Source of the DNA: Paraspadella gotoi
Lineage: Eukaryota; Animalia; Chaetognatha
DNA length: 64,000 nt
Assembly: GCA_051294375.1 (NCBI GenBank)
Contig: CM119264.1
Location: 10,000,175 to 10,064,174, forward strand
Direction of reading: 5' to 3'
The position numbers were made by a program, and so were the translations under genes. A model generated the notes under the pieces. The model searched no databases. It had not been told where the DNA came from and worked only from the letters and a program-made list of their open reading frames with translations. Positions 23,678-37,540 of the stretch are shown here, piece by piece. How positions within the stretch are numbered: the stretch's first letter is position 1; each line of letters opens with the position of its first letter.

Positions 23678-25024
23678 CTGTATCGTATCTCTCTCTCTCT
23701 AAGTCGGAGTGACAGCGGCTTTTTCTTGCGTCTTCAATAATCGTGGGAGTACTTAGGTTGGAGGCTACGTAACATATTAGGCACAGCACCTCGGTTACTG
23801 TGAGTCACCGAATAAAACTCACGACTTCGGGCATTGGTTCAAACTTGGTGAACAGCTGGGAGAGGCTCGACGCCGAGCCTCTTTCCAACACTTCGATTCA
23901 ACTTTCACTGGCCAGTGGCCACTAATTTAATTCTATTTCTAGCTGCTTTTCTGCTTTACAGCGCTCTTTGAAATAATTTTTTTCAACAAGTATTATTTTT
24001 ATTTAAATTCAAGCATATTAACATTTTAAGAATCATCTCTGAACAAAAAGCTCTAAACCTGAAACATCAAATATTTAATTACTCAAAAGAGGATTTTTTT
24101 TCATATCATATTATATTAAATTCGAGAAAGATCTTACGAACAGGAGCGTGGTTGAACCGCGCCAATAAGTTAGAATATAGAAGCGGTTCAATCAAGAGTA
24201 AACTTTAAAGTTTAATACTTAAAACGGAAAAACCGGACAAGGATTGAAATGGAGCCGAGGAGACGACGACGACAGCCTAGACGACGAGGACAGGGACGAT
24301 AAAGATGGCATGGAGTTTAGAGACGATGGACTTTAATGATAAGAAATAAATTAGTCGAATGAAAAAAGAATTTTTTAAGGTACAACTTTTTCGGTTTAAT
24401 TTTATAACGAAGATTTGATGACAAAGAACGACCGGCTCCAATAGTTCAAACCTTATCAACAAAAGATAAAGCGATGAATGACAAATAAACGATCACGAAA
24501 GACATTAAGAGCATCTGCAGCAAACGATAAACGAATTAGCAGAATACCATTTACCAGATGTTTCACTGTTATTGTTAAGTTCTTTTATTAAATTGTAAAC
24601 CGACTGCAAAATGAACTCATTTCGAAGGATGAACGAGAAAGGAGGACGTCGCTTCGAAAGACGCGGGCCGCTAAAACCCCCAGGATTCGAAACAACCTTC
24701 CAGCAACTTCGTTACGAGGCAGAGTAATGAAAGGATGAAGGGCATGAAAGCCGTTTGGCGCGCCAATAATGCGCGCCGACGCTGCGCGGTGGTGCTTCGC
24801 TGTTGTGCTGCGCGGTGGCCGACTTTGCGCAATGGTGCTGCGCGTCGACGTAGCGGGCGTGTTTTTCTAGTTTTTACGTAAGGCGCCAAGCGGGAGGGAA
24901 TGATCTCATTGAATGAGAGAAAGAGATGCAAGGAAAAAGAGAGGGAATGAGGGAGGGAGAAAGAGAAACTAAAAGGGGAAAAAAGAGAATTGAAACGATT
25001 AAAGAAAAGACAAAGGGACTAGAG

Positions 25025-25085
<61 letters not shown>

Positions 25086-26279
25086 TCGATAGTCGTCGAA
25101 TCAAAACCTCATTTTTCTCTTTCAAACTAAATAACAAGTCATTTTTCGCGCTTCGGACTTTCGCATCGTTATCAACTTTCTAAAGTCTCATCTCACCCTT
25201 GAAGCGTTAACACTCTCGCACTTACCCAGTCTACTCGCTTCTTTATTTATTTCATTTATCACTCTGCCCAGGGTTGTTCAATCTTCACTCTGCCACTCCT
25301 CTCATTCGTTAATTTCCGACCGAATTACTCAAGCCACTGTCGAAAACTCACCCTTAACCGCTCTTCAGCTTTACCACACCCGAGAGTATCTACTATCCAC
25401 CCCTTTTCACTATCCCATCTCATCCTTTTCACTATCCCATTCCCCACGACAAAGGCGCCGGGCTCCGACCAAGGCCGTCGCCCGTCTGCGGGATGATTAT
25501 TTTCGCTGAGAATAATACAGCGACCGTGACGGAGGACGGAGGGGGGGCGGAGCTTACCTTTGAAATTGATGGGTGAGAGGTGAGGTAGAATGGTAAGAGG
25601 ATATCAGGGTAATGGCGATGAATTTTACTGCCTCTTTCCTCTTTTCTTAAGAGTAAGAGATGATAAGAGTTCTTAAGAGATTTTTCCGTTCGTGGGATAA
25701 AACGTTGCAGATTTGGTTAGAGTTGTTCGTGAAAATGGGGTCAGGTAAAAAAAAATGGTAGTGAAAGATTGAGTGAGGACTCGGACTGAGCCGCGAGGAA
25801 AAACGATATTGTGAACGAAGCAACCAAGTTTGGAATGTTTGGGAAGGCTATTAGATTTTTGGAGAGAATTGTTAGCACTCTTGAATGTACAAAAAAAAAT
25901 AAGCTCATGCACGACAAAATCGAAAAATTTGAAAAGGAGCGACAAAGGTAATAATGCAGTCCTATGAAATTCGGGTATAAATAATTATAGATTATCTATA
26001 GATAAGAAATAGATAATTCATGAGAAGATCCTCTATTCGAGTTTTATTTATTTTTAAATTTTTTTTTAGCATAAAAAATATAAATAAAAACTAATTGAAT
26101 TAATGAAAAAAATATCAATTCAACTTAATTATTAAAAAAAACCTAAGAAAAATTTCAAGACTCCGCGGGAAAAAAAATGTCATCCAACATCTTAGATATT
26201 TCTTCATCTCTCATCTTCACCGCATCTGGCAAAAGGCGTGGTCGGATTGACGCGGCACATTCCGTCGGGCAGGCGTACA

Positions 26280-27439
26280 TCACTGGTCGCATCGGGCGCA
26301 GATGTGGTCGGGCAGCCTCTTGGGCAACGGTGGGTAAATCGTCCTTTTCTCGTCTTCCACGTGGAAGAAGGTTCTGGGTCCCGGCTTCTCCTCTCCGGGT
26401 CCCATCAGGGGCAAGATGGTGATCAGCTGACTCTCGGTGTTGTATTCTGAAAGAAACCGGGGTTGTGCAGTGGTGAGAAAGAAGCGCGTCGGGAGTCAAG
26501 GGCAGAAAAAGAGGGGCGCCTCAAAGTGAAGATGAGAATCTGACCTTTTCCTATTTCCCTTTTTATTTTGTTTTGAACCTTTTCGCCCATCTTCTTTTTC
26601 ACAATTCATCCTTTCTCAGCATTCTCCTCATTTTATTTTGATCGATATGAAATAGACACCTTTTGTTTTAATTTATTTTTCATTTATTGAATTTCACGAA
26701 CAATTGGCTCGTCGACTGAAAAGAAATGATGACGGGCGAGACGAAATGATTTAAAAAACAATTAAACTATCAAATATCTATTATCCTTTTTTCTATTCTT
26801 CTGTTCTTTTTTTTTTGTGTTGTTGTTGTAGGGGTTTAGTTTCTTTTAAACTTGGACGGGCGGGAGCGAGACCGCGGCGGCGCTGGCTGCGGTGCTGGCG
26901 CCTGCAACGATGGAAAAAGATAAACGTCAGACTGAGGATTATTTTTTTCCAAAGTCGCAGCCGGAGCGAGCTCGCCTCCCCCCCCCGAAAACCCATAACG
27001 TCGGGTCCCTCTAGTCGACAACCTCCCCGCCCGAGGACCGATAGTCCCAAACTCATTAAATCTAGTCAGGCCGGGGGAAAACTTTGGAAATCGAAACTAA
27101 GCACACGCTCTCAGTTTTTCCTCACGAAAAAAAAAAAATTAAAGAATCAAAAACTGTTTAAGTTTAACCCGCGCTTATTCCACCGACTCAAGCTCTCCTT
27201 CATATCTTTCCCTCATAACAACGTGTTAACACTAAATCTGCGCTCTAATATTACAACTTATAGTCCCAGCCTTCCACCCCATAACACTAACCAGGCTTCC
27301 GAAAGATGCCGCCCTGGCACGGGTCGCAATGCGGGTGTAGAGGCCCTGCCACGCAGGTGGCCGGCATCGCTTTCGGCTTCTCCGCGTCCGTGCAGTTGGC
27401 CATGTCGCGCCGGAAGTCCCGGTGAGTGTACGCGCAGTC
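26280..27439 (-). CDS. 3' exons of a small Cys/Pro-rich protein of unknown family (5' exons unresolved, probably around 28020-28370)
   Basis: Exon 27439-27292 (DCAYTHRDFRRDMANCTDAEKPKAMPATCVAGPLHPHCDPCQGGIFRKP) joins in phase to exon 26446-26280 (EYNTESQLITILPLMGPGEEKPGPRTFFHVEDEKRTIYPPLPKRLPDHICARCDQ*). Canonical splice sites. Confidence 0.55.
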
Positions 27440-27827
27440 CTAGATGGAGATGGATATATGGCGGAAGGAGAGGGGGAGAAAGAGGAGGAGGAGAAGTGGA
27501 CAAAAAAAGGAAGATCGTGAGTTTTCGGACTTTTGAATGTAATCTTATGTGATAAGATTGGATGTTGGACAGAAGACACAAATCTTCAAAAAGCAAGAGA
27601 TAGACAGATATTACATATTACAGGCCTAACAAATATTCATGAGTTTTTGCAGATAAACAAGGAAACTCGACGAAAACGATTCAACGGTTCCCGTCCATCC
27701 CTTGATTCGTTTAAATCACATTAGGCAAAGCAATCGCTCCCCCCTTCCACGAAAATCAGGTCAAACGGTGCGTAAATGAATTTCCTCTCGCTCTCGCGGG
27801 CCTTGATTCTCGCCAGGAAAAAAAAAA

Positions 27828-27909
<82 letters not shown>

Positions 27910-28387
27910 TACCAAATCTCTCTTGTCAATTTAAAACTTGCCAAACAAATCTCGAGTACCAGCCTAGTGGCACTTTATTCCGTTCCTTCCGCATTCTCCC
28001 TTTTATCAAAATCCTACCCATTTGCTTCACCCCATTCTCTATTCGCACCGCCTCCTAATAGGAACCTGGGAGCCTCCCAGAAATCTAGATTAATATTCCC
28101 TCGGCTCTGCTCGTTATGCACGTCGCCTCGCATCGTCGACGCCGCGGACGCCGCCGCAGCCGCCGCAGCCGCCGACGGCCGCCGACGACTGCCGGCTGGA
28201 GGATCTTCGGAGCCATTTGCGCCTTCAAACGCTACAAAGACGATAAGCTCCGCTTTCCATTCGTCAACAAAGGATCTGGTGGGGGCGTGGAGGAAACGGC
28301 GACGATAGGACAGGAGGTGTGGAGTGGTTTTTTGACCAGTACGAGTGTGAGATGGTCGTGGTGACTGAAAAAAAAAAGAGCTGAGAC

Positions 28388-28446
<59 letters not shown>

Positions 28447-28594
28447 GAGAGAGAGAGAAAAGAAAGATAGGCGCTATTCTTAAATCCCATGGGATCGTGG
28501 ATTGCTCATTTGTTTGGCATCTCGTAAAGGATTCGCCGATCTACTCCTTCGATTTCGCTCGTTTGTCTTCCTTAAGGCGCAAAGGAGAGAGATT

Positions 28595-28800
28595 CGAAGA
28601 GTCGGAGGATGCTCTGGTCCACGCGGCTTGTTTCTTTTTCACTGTTCCGCCGCTTGATTTCACTTCGAAGCAAAGTCGTCCGCGGCGGCTCGCGGCTGCG
28701 CGGCGGCATCTCCGGAACGCTTCTCGACGAACGGACGACGCAGTAAAGGAAAACAAAAGGCAGAAGAAGCGACGGGGAGTTGTGCAGCTGGGGCGTTCCA
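28595..28800 (-). pseudogene. Orphan frameshifted copy of PLB1-like exon 1 at the tandem junction
   Basis: Matches 22930-23125 with several indels; no downstream PLB1 exons follow. Confidence 0.75.
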
Positions 28801-30695
28801 TGGCTGCGGGAACATTCAATTTCAGACGAAAAATTCGATTTCAAAAAATACTTGACGCGATGAAACGTGATTTACAAATCAAGAGTTGCTGAGTTAAATT
28901 TAAAATAAGTTAGGAGGCGAAAAATTATTAATTTAGTTAATTTCCGATGGGTTTACGTTTTCTCCCTTCGTTAACTAAATAGTTTTCATACATACTTGAA
29001 TTTAGCCTCTTTTTTTTTTGCACGTGATCCAAATCAATCTCGACGAATGTTTTAATGTTTATTGTAATCCATATAGTTATTAGTTAGTGAAGGTGCGGTA
29101 TTACATTTCAGACAAATCGGGTTTTTTTTTTAGTCCCTTCAATGGCATTTCCTGTTAAAGATTTAACTTAAAATACGAAGGCGATTTACTCAATTAAGAA
29201 TTTACTGAAAATTCACTCTGATGAAAAAAAATGCACAGAGTTGTTATTTTCGATTTCGACTCGATAAAAGGAAAACGGCAGCACAGCCTCGACGGGAGCC
29301 TTTCATTCCACTACAATCTCTCTCTCTCTCATCTCTCTCTTTTTCTCGTATCGTATCTCTCTCTCTCTAAGTCGGAGTGACAGCGGCTTTTTCTTGCGTC
29401 TTCAATAATCGTGGGAGTACTTTAGTGGAGGCTACGTAACATATTAGGCACAGCACCGGTTACTGTGTGAGTCACCGAATAAAATCACGACTTCGGGCAT
29501 TGTTCAAAACTTGGTGAACAGCTGGGAGAGGCTCGACGCGAGCCTCTTTCCAACACTTCGATTCAACTTTCACTGGCCAGTGGCCACTAATTTTAATTCT
29601 ATTCTAGCTGCTTTTCTGCTTTACAGCGCTCTTTGAAATAATTTTTTTCAACAAGTATTATTTTTATTTAAATTCAAGCATATTAACATTTTAAATCATC
29701 TCTGAACAAAAAGCTTAAACCTGAAACATCAAATATTTAATTACTCAAAAGATGATTTTTTTTCATATCATATCATATTAAATTCGAGAAGACTTACGAA
29801 CAGGAGCGTGGTTGAACCGCCCCAATAGTTAGAATATAGAAGCGGTTCAATCAAGAGTAAACTTTAAAGTTTAATACTTAAAACGGAAAAACCGGACAAG
29901 GATTGAAATGGAGCCGAGGAGACGACGACGACAGCCTAGACGACGAGGACAGGGAACGATAAAGATGGCATGGCGTTTAGAGACGATGGACTTTAATGAT
30001 AGAAATAAATTAGTCGAATGAAAAAAAGAATTTTTTAAGGTAACAACTTTTTCAGGTTTAATTTTATAACGAAGATTTGATGACAAAGAAACGACGCTCC
30101 AATAGTTCAAACCTTATCAACAAAAGATAAAGCGATGAAATGACAAATAAACGATCCGAAAGACATTAAGAGCTCTCTGCAGCAAACGATAAACGAATTA
30201 GCAGAATACCATTTATATCAGATATTTCATGTTATTGTTAAGTTTCTTTTATTAAATTGTAAACCGACTGCAAAATGAACTCATTCGAAGGATGAACGAA
30301 GAAAGGAGGACGTCGCTTCGAAAGACGCGGCCGCTAAAACCCCCAGGAGATCGAAACAACCTTCCAGCAACTTCGTTACGAGGCAGAGTAATGAAAAGGA
30401 TGAAGGGCATGAAAGCGTTTTGGCGCGCCAATAATGCGCGCCGACGCTGCGCGGTGGTGCTTCGCTGTTGTGCTGCGCGGTGGCCGACTTTGCGCAATTG
30501 GTGCTGCGCGTCGACGTAGCGGGCGTGTTTTTCTAGTTTTTACGTAAGGCGCCAAGCGGAGGGAAATGATCTCATTGAATGAGAGAAAGAGATGCAAGAA
30601 AAAGAAGAGGGAATGAGGGAGGGAGAAAGAGAAACTAAAAGGGGAAAAAAGAGAATGTGAAAGCGATTAAAGGAAAAGACAAGAGGGGACTGGAG

Positions 30696-30742
<47 letters not shown>

Positions 30743-31940
30743 AGAGAGCGTCGATAGTCCGTCGATTCAAAACCTCATTTTTCTCTTTCAAACTATAACC
30801 AGTCATTTTTCGCGCTTCGGACTTTTCGCATCGTTATCAACTTTCTAAAGTCTCATTCACCCTTGAAGGTTAACACTCTCGCACTTACCCAGTCCTAGCT
30901 CGCTTCTTTATTTATTTCATTTATCACTCTGCCCAGGGTTGTTCAATCTTTCACTCTGCCACTCCTCTCATTTCGTTAATTTCCGACGAATTACTCAAGC
31001 CACTGTCGAAAACTCACCCTTAACCGCTCTTTCAGCTTTACCACAACCCGAGAGTAATCTAACTATCCACCCCTTTTCACTATCCATCTCATCCTTTTCA
31101 CTATCCATTCCCCACGACAAAGGCGCCGGGCTCCGACCAAGGCCGTCGCCCGTCTGCGGGATGATTATTTTCGCTGAGAATAATACAGCGACGCGTGACG
31201 GAGGAGCGGAGGGGGGCGGAGCTTACTTTTGAAATTGATGGGTGAGAGGTGAGGTAGAATGGTAAAGGATATCAGGGTTAATGGCGATGAATTTTACTGC
31301 CTCTTTCTCTTTTCTTAGAGTAAGAGATGATAAAGAGTTCTTAAGAGATTTTTCCGTTCGTGGGATAAAACGTTGCAGTTGGTTAGAGTTGTTCGTGAAA
31401 ATGGGGTCAGGTAAAAAAAAAAGGTAGTACAAAGATTGAGTGAGGACTCGGACTGAGCCGCGAGAAAAACGATATTGTGAACGAAGCAACCAAGTTTGGA
31501 ATGTTTGGAGGCTATTAGATTTTTTGGAAGAGAATTGTTAGCACTCTTGAATGTACAAAAAAATAAGCTCATGCACGACAAATATCGAAAAAATTTGAAA
31601 GGAGCGACAAAGGTAATAATGCAGTCCTATGAAAATTCGGGTATAAATAATTATAGATTATCTATAGATAAGAAATAGATAATTCATGAGAGATCCTCTA
31701 TTCGAGTTTTATTTATTTTTAAATTTTTTTTAGCATAAAAAATATAAATAAAACTAATTGAATTAATGAAAAAAATATCAATTCAACTTAATTATTAAAA
31801 AAAACTCTAAGAAAAATTTCAAGACTCCGCGGGAAAAAAAATGTCTCACATCTTAGATATTCTTCATCTCTCATCTTCACCGCATCTGGCAAAAGGCGGT
31901 GGTCGGATTGACGCGGCACATTCCGTCGGGCAGGCGTACA

Positions 31941-33105
31941 TCACTGGTCGCATCGGGCGCAGATGTGGTCGGGCAGCCTCTTGGGCAACGGTGGGTAAAT
32001 CGTCCTTTTCTCGTCTTCCACGTGGAAGAAGGTCTGGTCCCGGCTTCCCTCTCCGGGTCCCATCAGGGGCAAGATGGTGATCAGCTGACTCTCGGTTTTG
32101 TATTCTGAAAGAAACCGGGGTTGTGCAGGGTGAGAAAGAAGCGCGTCGGGAGTCAAGGGCAAGAAAAAGAGGGGCGCCTCAAAGTGAAGATGAGAATCTG
32201 ACCTTTTCCTATTTCCCTTTTTATTTTGTTTTGAACCTTTTCGCCCATCTTCTTTTTCACAATTCATCCTTTCTCAGCATTCTCCTCATTTTATTTTGAT
32301 CGATATGAAATAGACACCTTTTGTTTTAATTTATTTTTCAATTTATTGAATTTCACGAACAATTGGCTCGTCGACTGAAAAGAAATGATGACGGGCGAGA
32401 CGAAAATGATTTAAAAAAACAATTAAACTATCAAATATCTATTATCCTTTTTTCTATTCTCCTGTTCTTTTTTTTTTTGTTGTTGTTGTGTAGGGGTTTA
32501 GGTTTCTTTTAAACTTGGACGGGCGGGAGCGAGACCGCGCGGCGCTGGCTGCGGTGCTGGCGCCTGCAACGATGGAAAAAGATAAACGTCAGACTGAGGT
32601 TATTTTTTTCCAAAGTCGCAGCGGAGCGAGCTCGCCTCCCCCCCCACGAAAACACCCATAACGTCGGTCGCCTCTAGTCGACAACCTCCCGCGCCGAGGA
32701 CCGATAGTCCCAAATCATTAAATCTAGTCAGGCCGGGGGAAAACTTTGGAAATCGAAACTAAGCAACACGCTCTCAGTTTTTCCTCACGAAAAAAAAAAA
32801 AAATTAAAGAATCAAAAACTGTTTAAGTTTAACCCGCGCTTATTCCACCGACTCAAGCTCTCCTTCATATCTTTCCCTCATAACAACGTGTTAACACTAA
32901 ATCTGCGCTCTAATATTACAACTTATAAGTCCAGCTTCCACCCCATAACACTAAACCAGGCTTCCGAAAAGATGCCGCCTGGGCACGGGTGCAATGCGGG
33001 TGTAGAGGCCCTGCACGCAGGTGGCCGGCATCGCTTTCGGCTTCTCCGCGTCCGTGCAGTTGGCCATGTCCGCGCCGGAAGTCCCGGTGAGTGTACGCGC
33101 AGTCT
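31941..33105 (-). pseudogene. Second, frameshifted copy of the Cys/Pro-rich gene exons
   Basis: Duplicate of 26280-27439 within unit A', with indels. Confidence 0.5.
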
Positions 33106-34081
33106 AGATGGAGATGGATATATGGCGGAAGAGAGGGGAGAAAGAGGAGGGAGGAGAAGTGACAAAAAAGGAAGATCGTGAGTTTTCGACTTTTGAATGT
33201 AATCTTATGTGATAAGATTGGATTGTTGGACAGAAGACACAAATCTTCAAAAGCAAGAGATAGAAGATATTACATATTACAGCCTAACAAATATTCATGA
33301 AGTTTTTGCAGATAAACAAGGAAACTCGACGAAAACGATTCAACGGTTCCCGTCCATCCCTTGATTCGTTTAAATCACATTAGGCAAAAGCAATCGCTCC
33401 CCCTTCCACGAAAATCAGGTCAAAACGGTGCGTAAATGAATTTCTCTCGCTCTCGCCGGGCCTTGATTCTCGCCAGGAAAAAAAGGGCTCTCTTCTCTCT
33501 CTCTCTCCTCTCTCTTCTTCCTCCTTCTCTTCTCTCTCTCCTCTCTTCTCTCTTCTCTCTTCTCTTCTCTCTCTCCTCTCCTTTACCAATCTCTCTTGTC
33601 AATGAAAAACTTGCCAAACAAATCTCGAGTACCAGCCTAGTGGCACTTTATTCCGCTCCTTCCGCATTCTCCCTTTTATCAAATATCCTTACCCATTTGC
33701 TTCACCCCATTCTCTATTCGCACCGCCTCCTAATAGGAACCTGGGAGCCTCCCAGAAATCTAGATTAAATATTCCCTCGGCTCTGCTCGTTATGCACGTC
33801 GCCTCGCATCGTCCGACGTGCGCGGACGCGCCGCCGCAGCCGCCGAGCGGACAGGCCGCCGACGACTGCCGGCTGGAGGATCTTCGGAGCATTGCGCCTT
33901 CAACGCTACAAAGACGATAAGCCCGCTTTCCATTCGTCAACAAAAGGATCTGGTGGGGCGTGGAGGAAACGGCGATGATAGGACAAGGAGGTGTGGAGTG
34001 GTATTGACCAGACGGTGAAGGTTCATCGAAAGCAAGAGTGTGAGATGTCGTGGTGACTGAAAAAAAAAAGAGCTGAGACGG

Positions 34082-34158
<77 letters not shown>

Positions 34159-34432
34159 AAAGATAGGCGCTATTCTTAAATCCCATGGGATCGTGGATTG
34201 CTCATTTGTTTGGCATCTCGTAAAGGATTCGCCGATCTACTTCCTTCGATTTCGCTCGTTTGTCTTCCTTAAGGCGCCGCCTCCTCCTTAGCCGCTAACA
34301 CCGCCGCCGCCGTCCCTGGCCCGCCTTTAACCGCCGCCGTTCTGCAGCGCCGCCGTGTCGCCAAAGATTCGCAATATAAAGATCGTCGCTGTTGTTAATC
34401 TGGAGTCTCTCCAATGTTTCGGTCATTTCTTT

Positions 34433-34492
<60 letters not shown>

Positions 34493-34525
34493 TTCTCTCT
34501 CTCTTCTCTCTCTCTCGTTCTTGAT

Positions 34526-34550
34526 NNNNNNNNNNNNNNNNNNNNNNNNN
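34526..34550. other. 25-N assembly gap (another 25-N gap at 45205-45229; larger gaps at 394-610, 785-862, 5366-5621, 6268-6486, 11286-11603)
   Basis: Runs of N read directly from the sequence. Confidence 0.99.
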
Positions 34551-35316
34551 TGATTGACAGTTTTCCCATTTCTTTGATTTTTATCATAATTGTAATTCGT
34601 GGCCATCATTCATTTTCGTTCAATCCATCTTGTAACCTTGAAAGCATGTACATTGTGCTGTATAGTAACTAACATAGTATGCATTGCATACCTCTTAAAA
34701 GGATCATTACAAACATACGAATAGCTAACCACAGAGTTCGGCCCCACTCTTAATCCGCCGGAACCTTTCCGCCTCACTCTCCACCTCTTTCGATTTCTTA
34801 CCCCACCTCCCACCCGAACAACTCTCGCTCGACACGAGTCCAGAGCGAATTCGTAACGAGCTCCTTCGCTACGCGGTTCCTCGGCACTCGTTACCGATTT
34901 GAGGCCTCCTCCCCGACACTCGGGGGTTTTTTTCTCCGGTTCCGGACTCCTCGACGCCCGCGGCCGAACGGAATCATTGACGCGAGGCGAAGCCGGAGAT
35001 TTTCAAAGAAGAAATATCGAGTTTTGGTCCGGGGGATTCGCGAGGCGGAGAGAGGGGGGGAGTAGAGGGAGGATGGAGGTAGAGGGGTGCTAGGGTAGTT
35101 TTGGGTGGTGTGTAAAAGCTCGAAATACAGTTTGGAAAGGCTAATTATTTCTAAGTCCGATGCCGAAGATAGAAACGGGTCTTGGCCAAGTTATTATGAT
35201 TCACGAAACAATTCTTAAAAATCTCGTTCGTAAATTACAAATGCAACTCAACATAACATTGGTAGAGTTTGTTAAGCAGTTCCACTGATTCGAGGCCTCA
35301 CATGCATCATTCACGG

Positions 35317-35355
<39 letters not shown>

Positions 35356-36447
35356 TCCTCTCTCTGCTCTCTCTCTCTCTCTCGTCTATGAATTCTGCTT
35401 AACAAACTCTACAATGTTATGTTGAGTTGCATTTGTAATTTACGAACGAGATTTTTAAGAATTGTTTCTGGAATCACAATAACTTTGCCAAGACCCGTTT
35501 CTATTTCGGCATCGGACTTAGAAATAATTAGCCTTTCCAAACTGTATTTCGAGCTTTTACACACCACCCAAAACTACCCTAGCACCCCTCTACCTCCATC
35601 CTCCCTCTACTCCCCCCCTCTCTCCGCCTCGCGAATCCCCCGACCAAAACTCGATATTTCTTCTTTGAAAATCTCCGGCTTCGCCTCGCGTCAATGATTC
35701 CGTCGGCCGCGGGCGTCGAGGAGTCCGGAACCGGGAAAAAAACCCCCGAGTGTCGGGGAGGAGGCCTCAAATCGGTAACGAGTGCCGAGGAAACCGCGTA
35801 GCGAAGGAGCTCGTTACGAATTCGCTCTGGATCGTGTCGAGCGAGAGTTGTTCGGGTGGAGGTGGGTAAGAAATCGAAAAGAGGTGGAGAGTGAGCGGAA
35901 AGGTTCGGCGGATTTAGAGTGGGCCGAACTCTGTGGTTAAGCTATTCGGATATGTTGTAATGATCCTTTTAAGAGGTATGCAATGCATACTATGTTAGTT
36001 ACTATACAGCACAATGTACATGCTTTCAAGGTTACAAGATGGATTGAACGAAAATGAATGATGGCCACGAATTACAATTATGATAAAAATCAAAGAAATG
36101 GGAAAACTGTCAATGCAGAAGAGAGAGAGAGATGAGAGAGAGAGAGAAGAGAGAGAAGAGAGAGAGAGAGAGAGAAAAGAAATGACCGAAACATTGGAGA
36201 ACTCCAGATTAACAACAGCGACGATCTTTATATTGCGAAGTCTTTGGCGTACACGCGGCGCTGCAGAACGGCGGCGGTTAAGGCGGGCAGGGACGGCGGC
36301 GGCGGTGTTAACGGCTAAGGAGGATGGCGGCGCCTTAAGGAAGACAAACGAGCGAAATCGAAGGAGTAGATCGGCGAATCCTTTACGAGAGTGCCAAACA
36401 AATGAGCAATCCACGATCCCATGGGATTAAAGAAATGCGCCTATCTT

Positions 36448-36525
<78 letters not shown>

Positions 36526-37076
36526 TCTCTCTCTCTCTCTCTTTCTCTCCGTCTCAGCTCTTTTTTTTTTCAGTCACCACGACATCTCACACTCTTGCTT
36601 TCGATGCAACCCTATCCACACGTTCTGGTCAATACCACTCACACACTCCTGTCCTATCATCGCCGTTTCTCACGCCCTCACCAGATTCTTTGTTGACGAA
36701 TGGAAAAGCGGAGCTTATTCGTCTTTGTAGCGTTTGAAGGCGCAAATGGCTCCGAAGTCCTCCAGCCGGCAGTTCGTCGCGGCCGTCGGCGGCTCGGCGG
36801 CTGCGGCGGCCGTCCGCGGACGTCGACGATGCGAGGCGACGTGCATAACGAGCAGAGGCCAGAGCGAAGAAGTGAATTATAATACATAGCTAATTTCTGG
36901 GAGGCTCCCAGGTCCTATTAGGAGGCGGTGCGAATAGAGAATGGGGTGAAGCAAATGGGTAAGGAATATTTGATAAAAGGGAGAATGCGGAAGGAGCGGA
37001 ATAAAGTGCCACTAGGCTGGTACTCGAGATTGTTTTTGGCAAGTTTTAATCATTGACAAGAGAGATTGGTAAAGGG

Positions 37077-37108
<32 letters not shown>

Positions 37109-37540
37109 GAGGAGAAGAGCGAGACGATGAGAGAGAGAGAGAGAGAGAGAGCCCTTTTTTTCCTGGCGAGAATCAAGGCCCGCGAGAGCGAGAGGCAATT
37201 CATTTACGCACCGTTTGACCTGATTTTCGTGGAAGGGGGGAGCGATTGTCTTTTGCTAATGTGATTTAAACGAATCAAGGGATGGACGGGAACCGTTGAA
37301 TCGTTTTCGTCGAGTTTCCTTGTTATCTGCAAAAACTTCATGAATATTTTGTAGGCTGTAATAGTGTAAATCTGTCTATCTTCTGGCTTTTTGAAGATTT
37401 GTGTCTTCTGTCCAACATCCAATCTTATCACATAAGATTACATTCAAAAGTCCGAAAACTCACGATCTTCCTTTTTTGTCCACTTCTCCTCCCTCCTCTT
37501 TCTCCCCCTCTCCTTCCGCCATATATCCATCTCCATCTAG

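Larger units (their letters stand above)
22930..34277. repeat. ~5.65 kb direct tandem duplication (unit A 22930-28580, unit A' ~28595-34277)
   Basis: Colinear near-identical sequence (e.g. 23160 region matches 28845 region, 26160 matches 31825). Copies differ mostly by 1-nt indels. The junction at ~28580-28595 re-enters PLB1 exon 1. Confidence 0.95.

Noticed and set aside
24640-24900. GC-rich block with Arg/Ala-rich ORFs, present three times in the duplications
   Set aside because: No consistent frame across copies, no splice-compatible partner and no recognisable motif.
35280-35394. Palindrome spacer as a SMRTbell adapter or a telomere-resolution site
   Set aside because: Degenerate (CT)n without the adapter's GTT/AAC run; no supporting enzyme gene nearby.
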